Of a stretch of 64,000 nucleotides of DNA, positions 1-28,573 are shown one piece after another. The translations under genes were made by a program, and so were the position numbers. The stretch covers positions 2,254,389 through 2,318,388 of the forward strand of contig CAVNZM010000004.1 in NCBI GenBank assembly GCA_963693365.1. The letters are read 5' to 3'. Origin of the DNA: Amoebidium appalachense (taxonomy: Eukaryota; Protista; Ichthyosporea). The notes beneath the pieces are model-generated. The model searched no databases and was not told the DNA's origin. It saw nothing but the letters and a program-made list of their open reading frames with translations. Numbering within the stretch: the first letter of the stretch is position 1; the number at the start of each line of letters is the position of its first letter.

Positions 1-308
1 GCATCCAATGCCATATTTCTCCCTTTATGTCTACATGCAACAAAGAGAGACTTGGTGGTGTTGTGATAAAAAAGATTATGATTCTCAGCCATTGACCAGC
101 GTTGATCTGGCATTTTATTGCCATAATGGCATGTGAGGCTTAGAGTGATGATGTGCTAACTTGTGCTCTAACGCTCACTAATTGACTAAAAGACCATGGC
201 TTCTATTGTCAGTATGCCATCTTCATGCTTAAGAGTGTGCATGTGTTTCCTCACGTGTTGCACCTGCAGTGTTGCATACGGCGGCGCCATGCAAGGAACC
301 AACTGCAG

Positions 309-9517
<9,209 letters not shown>

Positions 9518-9824
9518 AGGCTGCACGGTGTACGTGTGAACCACAGGCACATGACTTGTTCTCCCAGTAGATATGGAGCGAACTTCTAAGTGTGTGTATA
9601 CATACTGTGAACAGGAAGTATGGTAATCACACATAGGTGCACGAGGCAACTAATTACTATTATGCACTGCCGGGCTGTAAACTAAAACTGTTAGATAACA
9701 CACTGGTGAATTTCTGACATTGTGTATACTGACTTGAATTCACAGTGCCTGCATAATGGCATGTGCGCGTTTTATCTGCACCGTGTGTAAATTAGAAGCG
9801 TAGATAACAATCTCCCAATAAAAT

Positions 9825-10135
9825 GGCATTGTGTGCCAGCAATGTGTAGTCAGTTTTGTGGCACTGCATGCCAGCAATGAGTATGTGCCGAGCCAGCCTT
9901 TTTGTGGCGATTGCATGCCCACAATATGGAACATAGGTAGCCAGTTTTGTGGCATTGTATGCCAGCAATGAATATGTGTAGCCAGTTTTGCGGCATTGTA
10001 TGCCTGCATGATTGAATATGTAGCCAGTTTTGTGGCACTGTATGCCAGCAAAATATATGTGTACCCACGCCAGTTTTGTGGCATTGTATGCCAGCATTGT
10101 GTGGCCAGTTTTGTGGCGCATTGTATGCCAGCACT
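9825..10135. repeat. Minisatellite, about 40 bp unit (GCCAGTTTTGTGGCATTGTATGCCAGCAATGAATATGTGTA), about 7-8 diverged copies
   Basis: Repeated CCAGTTTTGTGGCA(T/C)TGTATGCCAGCA cores. These explain the repetitive CWHTMPQNW ORFs. Confidence 0.9.
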
Positions 10136-10350
10136 GTGTATCCAGATTTTTGACAATGTACAAAGCATGAAAATGACCAACCATCCACTACAATACATAA
10201 CATAGTTACTGCCCTTGAGAATTATTCTGAAGCTTGCCGAGATGGAAATGTCCGAATCGAGCAATATTAGCCTGTGGCCTTCGGACCCATATGCATGGAC
10301 TTACTCCTGTCGACCCCTCCTCCTGCCCTTTCTCAACATTTACTTCCCTA

Positions 10351-10389
<39 letters not shown>

Positions 10390-11053
10390 TTCCCAGCTTC
10401 CTTCCCGCGCCCCCCACACCCGTTCCTCCAGGATTATCCCCCCGCTCCATTCCGGGATCCATGGCCATAGCACTGGCCATAGCCGTGTTCAGAATCCAGG
10501 TACTACGTACCTCATGGTCAATAATTGTGCAGGCGCCAGGCCCTGCGGTGGCATGTCTTAGTACCTGGGAGGAACTGGGATTCTTCTCAAAATGCACCAC
10601 GACTGCGGCCTATGATTATCTGTGCGCACATACGCACGTACAGCCTCGTGCGCCGTGAACACGCACAAAGATACAGCACACATACAGTACAAGGGGCACT
10701 CAACTTGACTCAACTTGCCAACCTCCTACATACTCAAGTAGGGAAAACCAGATCGCAATAGGTTGAATAGATCTGTTCGCCCTCCAATCGAACACGACCG
10801 ATTACGAAAAGCGCGCGTTCAACCGCGCGCGGGCCCCCTGAACCCCTCGCCCTCGGCCCCAGGCTGACAGTGAAGACCCAGCTGCTGTTGCCAAGGCGGG
10901 ACAGTCTGGCCCTTTAGTATGGATGAGAAAGGAGAAACGTTGCATCACTATTCTTTGAATAGCAACCCCCGCGCGAGACGCCCAGTACACTTCATTGCTC
11001 CCTCCCAGCTAACATAACCCCTGTCTGGATGTCTTGACTCTTAGGTCGCCACC

Positions 11054-17470
<6,417 letters not shown>

Positions 17471-17944
17471 AAGTGTCCACTTTACACCCACCAACATCTT
17501 CTGTAAAAGGGTCTGGCTTTGCATGCAACAGTTAATCAGATGGGCCATATAAAGTAGTATGCATAACAAAACATCATGAGGCAGATGGGCTCGTACGTAC
17601 TCGTAGCAATGATCAACCTCAAGTGGATGTGAGCACAACATTCGAAAAGAATGAATGACTGGTCGGTTTTGCTGGTGGCCTGTTTTTTCGAAGGATTCAA
17701 ACCTGGCTCAAGAAACTCAAAGGACAAACAAGTAGAAGTTTGGGCCACCAACTGTATTTCGATAGCCTTAGGGCCTTGGAATTTTCCGTATTACTCTGGC
17801 ATGCTTCTCACTTTCTGGCAACGGGAGAACTACAGAGAGCACGAAACTACACAATGACCAGGACCGGGACCCTATTAGCGAACAAACCTCTCCTAATAAA
17901 TTAGGTTACACATAGCATCCTCTCCCTTCCCCCTCCCCCTCCTC

Positions 17945-17979
<35 letters not shown>

Positions 17980-18788
17980 AGCCACGGACGGGCTCTGGGC
18001 CAATAGTTTGGAGGCGATAACTTAGCCGAGGTTGTCAGAGGTGAGCAAAACTTTGCAGGAACGTGGCTCACGGTGACTGACTGCCTCGATAACAGTTTTG
18101 TATAACAAGAATGAATTAGTCAATAGCAGTCAATATTTATATTTCAATAATGCATAATTATTCTTTTAGCTCTCTATTTTCGAAATCGCTTTTCGAAATA
18201 TGATTATAACAGTGCTGTTTTGCTTACCTTTTTTGTCGAGGCTCACAACGATCTTCAGACTTTGGACACAGCCTTTTGCCGCTCTCCCTAATAAGCTACT
18301 GATTGGTTACTGCTTATCCAAACTCATCTCATTGCAGGAATGCGTTAGCAATTAAGTGTCGCACCACTTGCAAGTTGCAACATACAAACTGTCTGCACAG
18401 CTGGAGAGTTCAAGCTGTTTCGAAAAGTTATAAAATATCTAAAATCAAAAATTATAATGTTAATATGTGTGTGATGCTACAATGCGTAGCTACACTTGCT
18501 AAATGATCTTTAAAGAAACTTAGAGCATATACCTCCTGAAAACCAATCAAGTGTGTGGCTTCGAGATGCGTTTTGCCGCGATGTGTCCTTACAGATCGGC
18601 TCAGGTAAGCGTTTAGAAAATGCTGCAGAAATGAGTAACTACCATGTTAGGATAAAAATTTGTAATCGAAAGTTGTTTATAACCTGTTTCGCAAAAAATA
18701 TTTCTTTGGGGAGTAGTGAAAATGGGATTTTTCATAAGGCTACACAGCCACTACTAAATGCGAGTGGAATCACGATAACATGATCTTT

Positions 18789-18797
18789 AACCAATCA
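18789..18797 (+). promoter_or_regulatory. Candidate CCAAT box upstream of the BTG gene
   Basis: AACCAATCA about 220 bp upstream of the ATG, with a second copy at 18541. Motif match only. Confidence 0.3.
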
Positions 18798-19010
18798 ACA
18801 ATAGGCCCTCCCTATCTCTTGCCCGCATGAATGCCAAAAGCTCACACAGGGCGAACCTCTAACCACTCTCAAAACGTGTATCCTGTGAAGCGCATTTTTT
18901 CCCCTTGTCAAAGAGGTAGAGAGTTTTCCAGACCAATTATTCCGACAGCACACCTGGAAATTAGTCGCTCACACATCATTTTTCTGGCTGCTCGCACAAA
19001 TCCACACACC

Positions 19011-19571
19011 ATGGATGCTGAGCTCGAAGTTGCCTGTGGCTTCTTTGCCACCCTTCTTGAAAGCAGCGAGGTGCCAGCAGAAAAGGCGGTGCAGTTCTGT
19101 GAGATCCTCAGCACTACGTTTAGAGCGTGCTACGAGGCCAGTTGGTATCCCGACCAGCCCTTCCGTGGTTCTGGAAACCGCTGCATCCGTGTGCACCCGT
19201 TCAAAATGGATCCCCTTGTTGCCGAGGTTGCCGAGTTGGCAGGGATAGGTAACATTCACGAGGTGCTGCCCCAGGATCTTACGCTGTGGGTCGACCCTAA
19301 CTGTGTATGCTACCGCTTTGGCGAGCGAACCCCCATCTTCCATCTTTATAACGACGAACAAGCAAACTCGCCCATCCTCTCTGGGCACTCAAGCCTGAGC
19401 CCCCCAACACACACCTTGCTGTCTCCTTCCTCATCTCCAACCCAACACCACTACAGTTTCGCGTCGGGTTTCAGTTCTCCACACACTGTGCCCCAACATT
19501 ATGGCGGAAACATGTACTCAGAGAGCTCCCAGAACGGGAACGGTTTCCTCGCCGTTACGCTGAACGCGTGA
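19011..19571 (+). CDS. BTG/Tob (APRO) family protein, single exon, 186 aa
   Basis: MDAELEVACGFF..., box A-like WYPDQPFRGSGNRCIRV and box B-like LPQDLTLWVDPNCVCYRFGE, then a Ser/Pro-rich tail. ATG at 19011 in a CACACCATGG context. Confidence 0.92.
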   Translation: MDAELEVACGFFATLLESSEVPAEKAVQFCEILSTTFRACYEASWYPDQPFRGSGNRCIRVHPFKMDPLVAEVAELAGIGNIHEVLPQDLTLWVDPNCVCYRFGERTPIFHLYNDEQANSPILSGHSSLSPPTHTLLSPSSSPTQHHYSFASGFSSPHTVPQHYGGNMYSESSQNGNGFLAVTLNA

Positions 19572-21510
19572 GTGAACTGTAATTCCCCCCGTGTGTGTCG
19601 CGCGTTATTACATGTTAGATCTGGTTTAATTAGGTGTAGGTTGGTTTCAGCACTATTCAGGCAGCCTGCATAGTTTGAACCGGTCACCTGCAGTTTACGA
19701 AGGAAATTTTACGAAGGCCGGTTAGGGTGGCAAACCCCGTACGTTTTTGTATGTCTGAACCATGTTCTTTAATATCTATTAGGGTGACGCTTATGTTTCT
19801 GGTGAATTTCATGCTTTATTTAGCGAACTTCAACTATCACGATGCACTTCTCAACACGGCCACTTAGGTGTGCTGGGGCGTGCAAGCTTTTGTAAATTAG
19901 CAGTCTGACGGCCTGGTGCCCTTTACTGCAATACACGCTACTTGTCGTTGAGGTGAAGGTCAGGGCAGATATGTCCACCCTCTCGGCAATGGGTATGGTT
20001 GCTTCACACAGGGCTCAGAATCTGGTCTCTGTGGCAGCATCACTTACTACCAAAATTCTCGGGTCTTCTCAAAGGCGCAACCAGCCCTGGCACACACAAA
20101 CGTAACACAGCCACTGCTGGCATACACATCCTACATCCGGACACCCGGATCTGTGCAACTCTTTGCACATATCAGGAAGAACCGAGATAAAGATCGCTTG
20201 TCCTGTCAGCCTGCCCGTTCGTTTTTTGCACCAAAACTTACTCAGACTGAGAACCTTTCCCACTTCTATACCTCATCTATACTCCTTTGCGTGCACACCT
20301 TAATTAGGTGTATAGGCATGCAACTAGATCCTCGCAGCTTTGTGCTGGGGAGAAAGTAGCCTTCACTTGTGCTAAATCATCCGCCAAGCACATTTATTGG
20401 TGGTCACTTAATTAGACGGTCACCTTGCAGCTTTTCTTGCCTGGCCAGCTACTCCCATACTTTCTGTAAAGGCGACACCATAGATCATCCATGTGCTTGA
20501 AAAGATCTTTACCTACGTGTGACCCATATTTGACCTGAATAAGTGCTGCTGCTACAGAGGCTAAGTAACCAAGCTATCTGATAAGTCATCACCGCCCCTC
20601 CCATTTTCTTTTTTTCGTGTCAGTCAACCTTTATATAATACTGCCAAGCGATGGGAACTTACCGGGGAGCCACTGGATTCAAAGCAATCGTGCAGAAACG
20701 AATACTTCACAGGGAGCAACCCGCCGATAACGGGGAAGAGAGGCAAAATACAGCCGGAACGTTTCTAAGTTCGAAGATTTTGTGCAAGTTACGGTACTTG
20801 CAAAAGTCTGGTAGAAGCCGGAAAAGGGAGAGATTGGTGGTTGACCATGGGTGGTGAATGTGAACGGGTGTGGCTTGCAAATGGCACGCGGGGGGGGGGG
20901 GGGGGGGGGGGGGGGGGGTATTGAGAAACTTTGAGGAATGAGAGGAATGGGAAGGCAGACATGAAATAACAGATATGAAATGAGAGCAGAACCAGTTGTC
21001 GTGAAAGAGCCAAACATCTTCAATTTGTTACCAGACGAACACAGTGTCCCAGCACATACACTGGCCATTCTTGTGTTCGTTGTGCATGAGAGTGTGGTGG
21101 GTTTTTCTGCATGCAAACTCACAATCCATGATAGCACCTGGAAGTGTGAGATGAGCTTACACGTTCGAGAATAGCAGTGAACCTGCTGTGTTATCGCGGG
21201 GAATTCTGCAGAGATGGAATTACTCATTCTAGGATGGTCTTATTTCATAGCAAAGGTTTATTGGAATTTGCCGTTTTCAAGTTATTCGCCAATGCCACTG
21301 CAATCACTACATATGCACATACAGTATACGTTCATATATGCATGATTTACCTTAAGTCTTCGGGAATGGAGGCTGAATTGGCTGGATGCATATGCATGCC
21401 ATTGTGGGAATGGTGTGTGTGCGAATGCGTGCATGTGTGTGTGCACTTGTGCAATGTGCATGCCAGCAAGTGACGGGGCGCACCCAGGGGGCCAGGGGGG
21501 GCCCGAGCAT

Positions 21511-21556
<46 letters not shown>

Positions 21557-22050
21557 AGCCTTCCTTTCCAGTTCTGTCAGAACTTTCGTTGTGATGAACT
21601 TCGTTTTAATTTGGTACAGCTGCCAGCCCTCCGAATAGCCGGCAAAAAATCGAAAACTCATTGACAAGAGGGAAAATTTTTAGGGTCGGGACTCGAGGCG
21701 GTGGCGGCAGGGGGGGAGACCGGGAGGCCTAGGGGGAGGGGAAGGGGACGGGGATTCTCCTTTTTGGGGGGGGGGGACGGGAGGCCGGGGCCTAGGGCAC
21801 GGCGGGGAGGGGAGCACTCTCGAGGGGACCGGGGGGGAGAGGGGAAGGGGGGAAGGGGGAGGGAGGGGGAACCAAGCAGTGATACTATTGCACAATCACT
21901 GCAGCGCGCACAGTGAAACACGAGTAGCGTGCACAGTTATTATAAAATATATGTGCAGGCATGTGCCTAATACCTATCAGCGTATTTAAGGCACGTTGGC
22001 CTGCGCCGGTAGACTTGCTGCGGGCTCATGCGAGGGCGGGAATCCGATGA

Positions 22051-22398
22051 GTTCGTTTACGTTGAACACCATGGCTCCATCCCACAGCATGGCCTGCGGA
22101 TACAAACCTTCACTCTTCCCATCTGCACCTTTTGTAAGGTGGTTTCGAGATCAAACATCGGTGGTTGTGAAAAGTTGAAATTGAACCACGGTTGATGGTC
22201 ACGATTACTAAACCGTAGTTTCCGCTTCCCCGAGGGCAGGATCGGTACCGGTTCGTTCACGTTGTACACCTTGGCTCCATCCCACAGCAATATGGCCTAC
22301 GGATGCAAACCTTTTTCCTCCCCATGTACAACATTTGTTAGGTGGTTTTGAGTTCAAGCATCGGTCGTTGTGAAAAGTTAAAATTGAAGCACGCTTGA
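22051..22398. repeat. Diverged direct repeat pair, about 145 bp (22051-22195 and 22250-22398)
   Basis: Shared GTTCGTT..CGTTG..CACC.TGGCTCCATCCCACAGCA and GTTGTGAAAAGTT.AAATTGAA blocks. Confidence 0.8.
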
Positions 22399-23334
22399 CT
22401 AAACTTTTTCGCAAGGTAAGGATGTGGGCTTCCGGATCCCTGGCGGAATCAGGGCTGTAGTACGCTCCACAAGTGGCTCATTCCTAGTCTTCTTTCATAC
22501 TCTTCTACTCTCACCTCTACAAAGAGGCTCTACAGATTTCAGTAAAAAGAAAAAAAAAGATTTCAGTGGGGGTAAGAAGTTCATTCATGGCGAACGTCAA
22601 AAATATGCCCAGGCAGCTTAGCCTACAAAATAGAGGTTTGTTCGACCGTTATAACGGGTGGGATCGTGTGGCACGTGTGCCTCGGACAGTCGGACACGGC
22701 ATCAAGTGCACGTGGCTGTTTTGGCGCGCAAATACTTGCCATATATGGAAGGTTTTTAGTTGGTGGGGGAGGACAGCAAATTCCTGAACGGAATACCCCT
22801 ATAAAAAAAACAGAGAAACTAGCAGCACAACAGTATATGCTGAAAAACTATGATCGATCCTCCGTATTTTGAGAACTAAAGAAAAAAAGGCATAAAAAGC
22901 AGAGTACCGACCCAGGCTGAGCCAGTGCTGGCATTTTCTGTATACAGCTAACGCCAATAAGATCAATTCCTGATTAGCCATTTAGAGACATCGCACATGT
23001 ACACACACACTGTGGCAGTGGCTTGGTCATTTTGTCTGTGGGTGCGTGCTTTGCAGGCACACACACACACACGCACCCCACGCACCACAAGCGCAAAAGA
23101 GGTCCTACGAGGCCTCTATGTATCGTTAGCTTCTAGCTAAAAGGGAAGAGTGCGGCTCTCTGCAGGGCTGAAGGTATGCTGGCTGGAAACCCCTTGACCG
23201 CAAAAACTCACGGTAGTCTATAACGTGGCAGATTGGTTGGTGTACTGGTTAGGGTTAGCATTTCCGCTGAGTTAGTGAGAAGAGAAGAAGAGGTCAAACG
23301 GTATCTTACGAGCGTTTATACAGGTTAATTTAGG

Positions 23335-26121
23335 ATGGCGTTCGACCCGGCGGCCCTTGTGCCAGCCGTGCTTGTCCTGGAGGATGGCTCGCGCTACGAG
23401 GGCTACTCCTTCGGGGCCCAGCGCTCGGTGGCCGGCGAGGCCGTGTTCCAAACAGGCAAGTGTTACACAAAGTGACAAGGAAGGAGGGGAGAGGGGAGAG
23501 GGATTGTGATGGACCGGGAGGAATAGAGGTTCTGTATGGAGCAGTTTCGTTAGACTCGTGGGTTGCTCTGAAGACGGTACGGATCTAATGGAAGAAAATC
23601 GTTGTTTGGTAAAAGACCCGAGAGGTAGAGCAAGGCAAGTGAGCGAAAGAAGTTGGGGAGAGAAGAAGGAGGTTCACCTTGTGATTTAGGAAGAAGCGTG
23701 GACGACTCTGAAAGTTGTAAGAGCTCAAACAGCACACGGGGCTGGGGGGGGGGGGGGGGGAGGGGGTGTGAAGAGGGGGGAGGGAGGGGAGGGGGGGGGG
23801 GGGTTGCTATCACCCAGCAAGCACTGAGGGGCATGCAAACACCATATGTGGGGGAGGGGGGGGGAGGCAAGAAAAGAGAAGAAAAATAGAGGGAGGAGAA
23901 GAGGTGGGAGTGTGGAGTCGGGACGCAAAGATTGAGAGAACAAGGGAACGGGAGGAGGGACAAGAGAGAGAGAGAGAGAGCGGAGGGGGTGGAGGGTGGG
24001 AGGGAGGGAGGGAGGGAAAGGGAGGGAGGGGGAGAGAGAGAGGGAGAGAGATGCACAGGCGCGCGCGCACACACATACACACACACACAGAGAGAGAGAG
24101 AGGGAGAGGGAGGGAAAGTGAGAGAGAGTTAGAGAGAGAGAGAAGGGTTGGGGGAGAAGAGAGAGAGAAAAGGAGAGGGAGTGTGCTCGAAAGTTTTGTG
24201 AACCTTGACGACGAAGAAAAAAAAGAAATAACCGAGTTAATCAGTGAACGTACGTTGCCGGCCCAGCTGAACGGTCATGGGCACAGGCATGGTGGGCTAC
24301 CCCGAGGGCATCACAGACCCCTCGTACGAGGGCCAGATTCTCGTGCTGACATACCCTCTGGTCGGCAACTATGGTGTGCCGGGCAATGATGTTGATTACA
24401 ATGCCCTGCCCAAGTTCTTCGAGTCCAACAAAATCCATGTGGCTGCCTTGGTTGTCCAGGTACGTGTGTGCGCGCACACAGGGGAAGAGGGGAGGGTGGG
24501 GGAGATGAGAAGATGGAGGAGAGGGGAGTGTAGGGGAGAGGGGTCACGTCCCTGCTGATGTGCTTGCGCAGTTATGCTGGAAGTGTTGGGTCGAGTAGGC
24601 TTTAGTTGGATGAGGGGCTAGTGTGTGCACACATATTTTGGGGGGGGGAGGGGGGAAGGGGCGGACCAAGCACGGGCTTGATGCATGCTTTTTTGGGAAG
24701 AGAGGTTGGTGGGGGGTGGGGGGCATCCACACACAGGAGCACACACAGGCGCGCGCACACATACACACAGGAGCAAACACACACAAGCACACACATCTGT
24801 GCGCTCACAAGACCACCTGCAGGACTACTCGTTCCAGTACTCGCACTGGGCGGCTGTGCAATCTCTCTCCGAGTGGCTGGTGAAAGAAAACGTGCCAGCC
24901 ATCTTCGGTGTCGACACACGTGCACTCACAATGAAGATCAGAGAGACGGGTGCCATGTTGGCCAAGGTGGTGGTGGGAAAGACAGATGAGAGCAGCGTTG
25001 CCTTTGCTGATCCAAACAAGGAGAATTTGGTCGCAAAGGGTATGCAGCCACACTGATGTGTAGTGGGTTGTCATGGGTGGGCGTTGGGTGCGACTGATGC
25101 CCGATCTAAAGAGTGAAGGGGATTAGGGGGTGGGTAGGTGTGTGTGTGTGTGGGGGGGGGCGGGGGAGGGGGCAAGACGGAGGGGGGAGTGAGGTTGGAT
25201 TGAAGAAGGAATCGACGGGGATGGGTGGGGGTGGGGGGGGAAGGTGGGGGGAGAGGGGCGAAAAAGGGAGATACAGCAATTGGGAGGGGAAGGCCGGAGC
25301 GAGGATAGTGTTGTACGGGTAGGTGGGTGGGTGGGTGAGGGTCTGGGGGGGGGGGGGGGTTTGGTGATGTGAAATAAGAGAAATGATGATGGGTAGACAC
25401 CCACGTCTGAAAGGTTTGGGGGAAAAGTTGGACAAAATAATCAAACTGGATACACGCCAAACACGGCCAATCGTGTAAGGATATCAATGTTAGCACCAGA
25501 GTTAGCAAGAAGCAATGATACAGGTTAACTGGGTTATCCATTGATAGCTATCTAATGCTACCCAAACTTGACCTATTGTGCCTTGCCTAGCTTGGACAAT
25601 TCGTCTGCCCACAGCAAAAGGACCCACAAGCATTTTTTTGTTTCTTTCTCGTGCACTAATGCATGGGATCATACGCGTCTTTTGTGAATTTCTGACTGGT
25701 TGGTGGGTTACAGTGTCGTGTAAGGCACCCACGACATATAAGCCTGCCTTGGGCAAGGAGAAGGGTGTCAAGATTATGGCCGTGGATGTGGGCATGGTAA
25801 GTCACCCACCTTCATGGGAAATAAATCGGATGTGGGTTTATTTTTTTGCCTTTTGATCTCTTTTGTGTGTACGTGGGTTGTGAAAATGGTAAGAAGGTTT
25901 TTATTGTATTGGAAAGACAGCAGATACTGACTGGTGTTGGTGCACGGGGTGTGTAGAAATACAACCAGATCCGGTGCTTTACGGAGAGGGGGGTGGAGCT
26001 GACGGTTGTACCGTGGGACTACGATTTCAACAAAGACATGGACAAATACGACGGTCTTTTCCTCAGGTGAGTGTGCCTGCTTGGCGCCCCAGGATGCGCT
26101 ACATTGTACATGAGGGGGAGG

Positions 26122-26152
<31 letters not shown>

Positions 26153-28522
26153 GGGGGGGGGCAGCATGCAAGATCGTGCTGTTGGGGGGGGGGGGGGGGG
26201 GGGAGGATTAAGATGACAGGAGGGGGGGGGGGGGGGGGGGAATCGTATCACCATATCATGGCTGCTACGTGGGGCCCAAGTGTTACACGAGATCTGGGAA
26301 AACCACATGTATATTTCAATTTTCCCATGTGTTTTGAAGGCTTAAGCGGAGAGTCAGGGAAGGGGGGGATGGGGGGGCGAGACAAAGGGGTGGATAGTGG
26401 TGGTGGTGACGCGCCGTGCGGGGCGGGGCGGGGGGGGGGGGGGGGGAGGGGGGCTGGGGGCAGTAATCTAATGAGTCGATTGCAGCAACGGCCCGGGTGA
26501 CCCGACCATGTGTAAGCCTACCATCGAGAACATCAAAAAGGCCATGCAGGGCACAAAGCCCATCTTCGGGTAGGAGCACTCGGCCGACTGTGTGTGGGTG
26601 TGTTAGTGGCATTACATGTAGGCGTGTGCGCGTGTGTGTGCTTATATGTGTGCATGGGTGCGTGTTGGCGTGCAGGCGTACAAGAAAGTATGCATGCACA
26701 TGCGGCGCATGAATGCGGGGGGGTGGGGGGGGGGAGAAGGCAACGGCACGGGGGGGGAGGGGGGAAGGGAGGGGGAGGAGGCTCAAGTCTTGGGGATAAA
26801 CTGTGTATGCAGCAGATGGAGTTGAGAACCAAAGTTAATGGATTTATAGTAGTTCGGCTTTTATTTATCTATGTGTCCGTGTGTATATGTGCACGGACGA
26901 GTGCCCGTGTGTCTGACACATGTGTGCACACAGTATCTGCCTGGGCCACCAGCTGCTGTCCCTTGCGTCTGGAGCCACCACCAAGAAGCTGAAGTTTGGT
27001 AACCGCGGCCACAACATTCCCTGCGTTGACCAGCGCAGTGGCCGCTGCTACATCACCACACAGGTGGGTGAATGCTGTGGTTGAAGTGTGTGCACGGAAA
27101 ATGAAAGGAAATGGAGATGTGGCTGTGTGTGCTCTTGTGGATGTGGAGAGGGAGGGGGGGGGGGGGGGGGGGAGATGGGAGAGAGTTGTGTAGTGTGCGA
27201 GCATGTTCAGGTGTGCAGAGGCCGACAGAGGGCAACAGGATGATTGTTTTTTCTTTCTTTCTTCTTTTTTTAGGCGGGGTTTCTTTCCTTTTCTATGCGT
27301 ATACCCCGCGTTCCCTTGCTGGTACATGGGTGGAAGCAGCCGATGTGCAATGAAAACACATGTTTAGACAATACACAACATGTAGACTACTTACCCACTT
27401 TCACCCTCAGAACCACGGTTTCGTTGTGGATGTTGCCACCCTTCCCCAGGGCTGGTCGCCGCTTTTTGTCAACGCCAACGACGACACCAACGAGGGCATC
27501 TACTGCACAAACAAGCCGTTTTTCAGCGTGCAGTTTCACCCGGAGTCCACACCGGGTCCCCGTGACACGGAATACCTGTTCGATGTCTTTATTGACATGT
27601 GCGCCACTAAGGCTACTGTTCTGCCACCGCCAAAGTCCATCATCCAACCCGAGAGGGTTAAGGTGCGTGTGGTGTTGCACACTGCTGCAAAATCCCTCCT
27701 TCCTTCCCCGCCCCCAATTATCCCTCTTTTGTAATTGTGCTTCTCCTCTGTTCTTCCATGGCGATATAGAAAAGGAATGTTCTCGGTGTTGTGGCCCTGC
27801 ATTGTCGCCGATATGTTGTTTAGAACAAATAAGGCAAGGATTCAAGGGGGTGACAGGGGGTACCACATGGCAGCAAAGTGAGCGACATGCACGTTGCCTG
27901 TGTACTTACGGCTGGGCCCGCAGGTCAACAAGGTGCTGGTACTTGGCTCCGGTGGTTTGTCCATCGGCCAGGCTGGAGAGTTCGACTACTCTGGCTCCCA
28001 GGTGCGTGGTTGGGCCGGGTGTGTGTGTGTTGGGGGGGAGCGGGGGGGGGGGGGGGGGGGGGGGGGGGGTGCCACAGATGGTTCAAAATCTCCTCGCCTG
28101 AATGGCCTGAGTGGAAGGGTGGTTGGAAGGGTCCACAAAAGGAAACGGACAGATAGTTTTGGTAAACAGATTGAAAAAGGAATGATTGTGAGGAGTGGGT
28201 TATGGGCCTTGCACTGAGTGCTTTGCAGAGTGCTTTACAGGTTGGCTAACTTGCCTGCGCCCCCTGGGCCGGGCGGGGGGCTGGGCACGCGCAAGGTGGG
28301 GGTGGTGGTGGTGGTGACGGTGGTGTGTGTGTGTGCGCGCGCGCGCGTGTGTGGGTGGGGGAGGGAGGGGGGAGAAGGGAGAGGGAGAGGGATAAGGCTG
28401 TGTGTTTGGGATGGCAGGGCTGATGATGGTGTGTGTGTGCAGTGCATCAAGGCACTGAAGGAGGAGGGCATCACCACGGTGCTGATCAACCCCAACATTG
28501 CTACTATCCAGACATCGGCTGG

Positions 28523-28573
<51 letters not shown>

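Noticed and set aside
10206-10990. Possible small minus-strand spliced gene head-to-head with cyclin H
   Set aside because: There are plausible splice sites (GAG|gtacgt) but no recognisable product or coherent start; not supportable without transcripts.
18831-19010. N-terminal extension of the BTG ORF
   Set aside because: Family similarity starts at Met 19011, which has the better start context.
21909-23014. Transib-like CACAGTG...CACTGTG ends
   Set aside because: The inverted match does not extend beyond 7 bp and there is no TSD.
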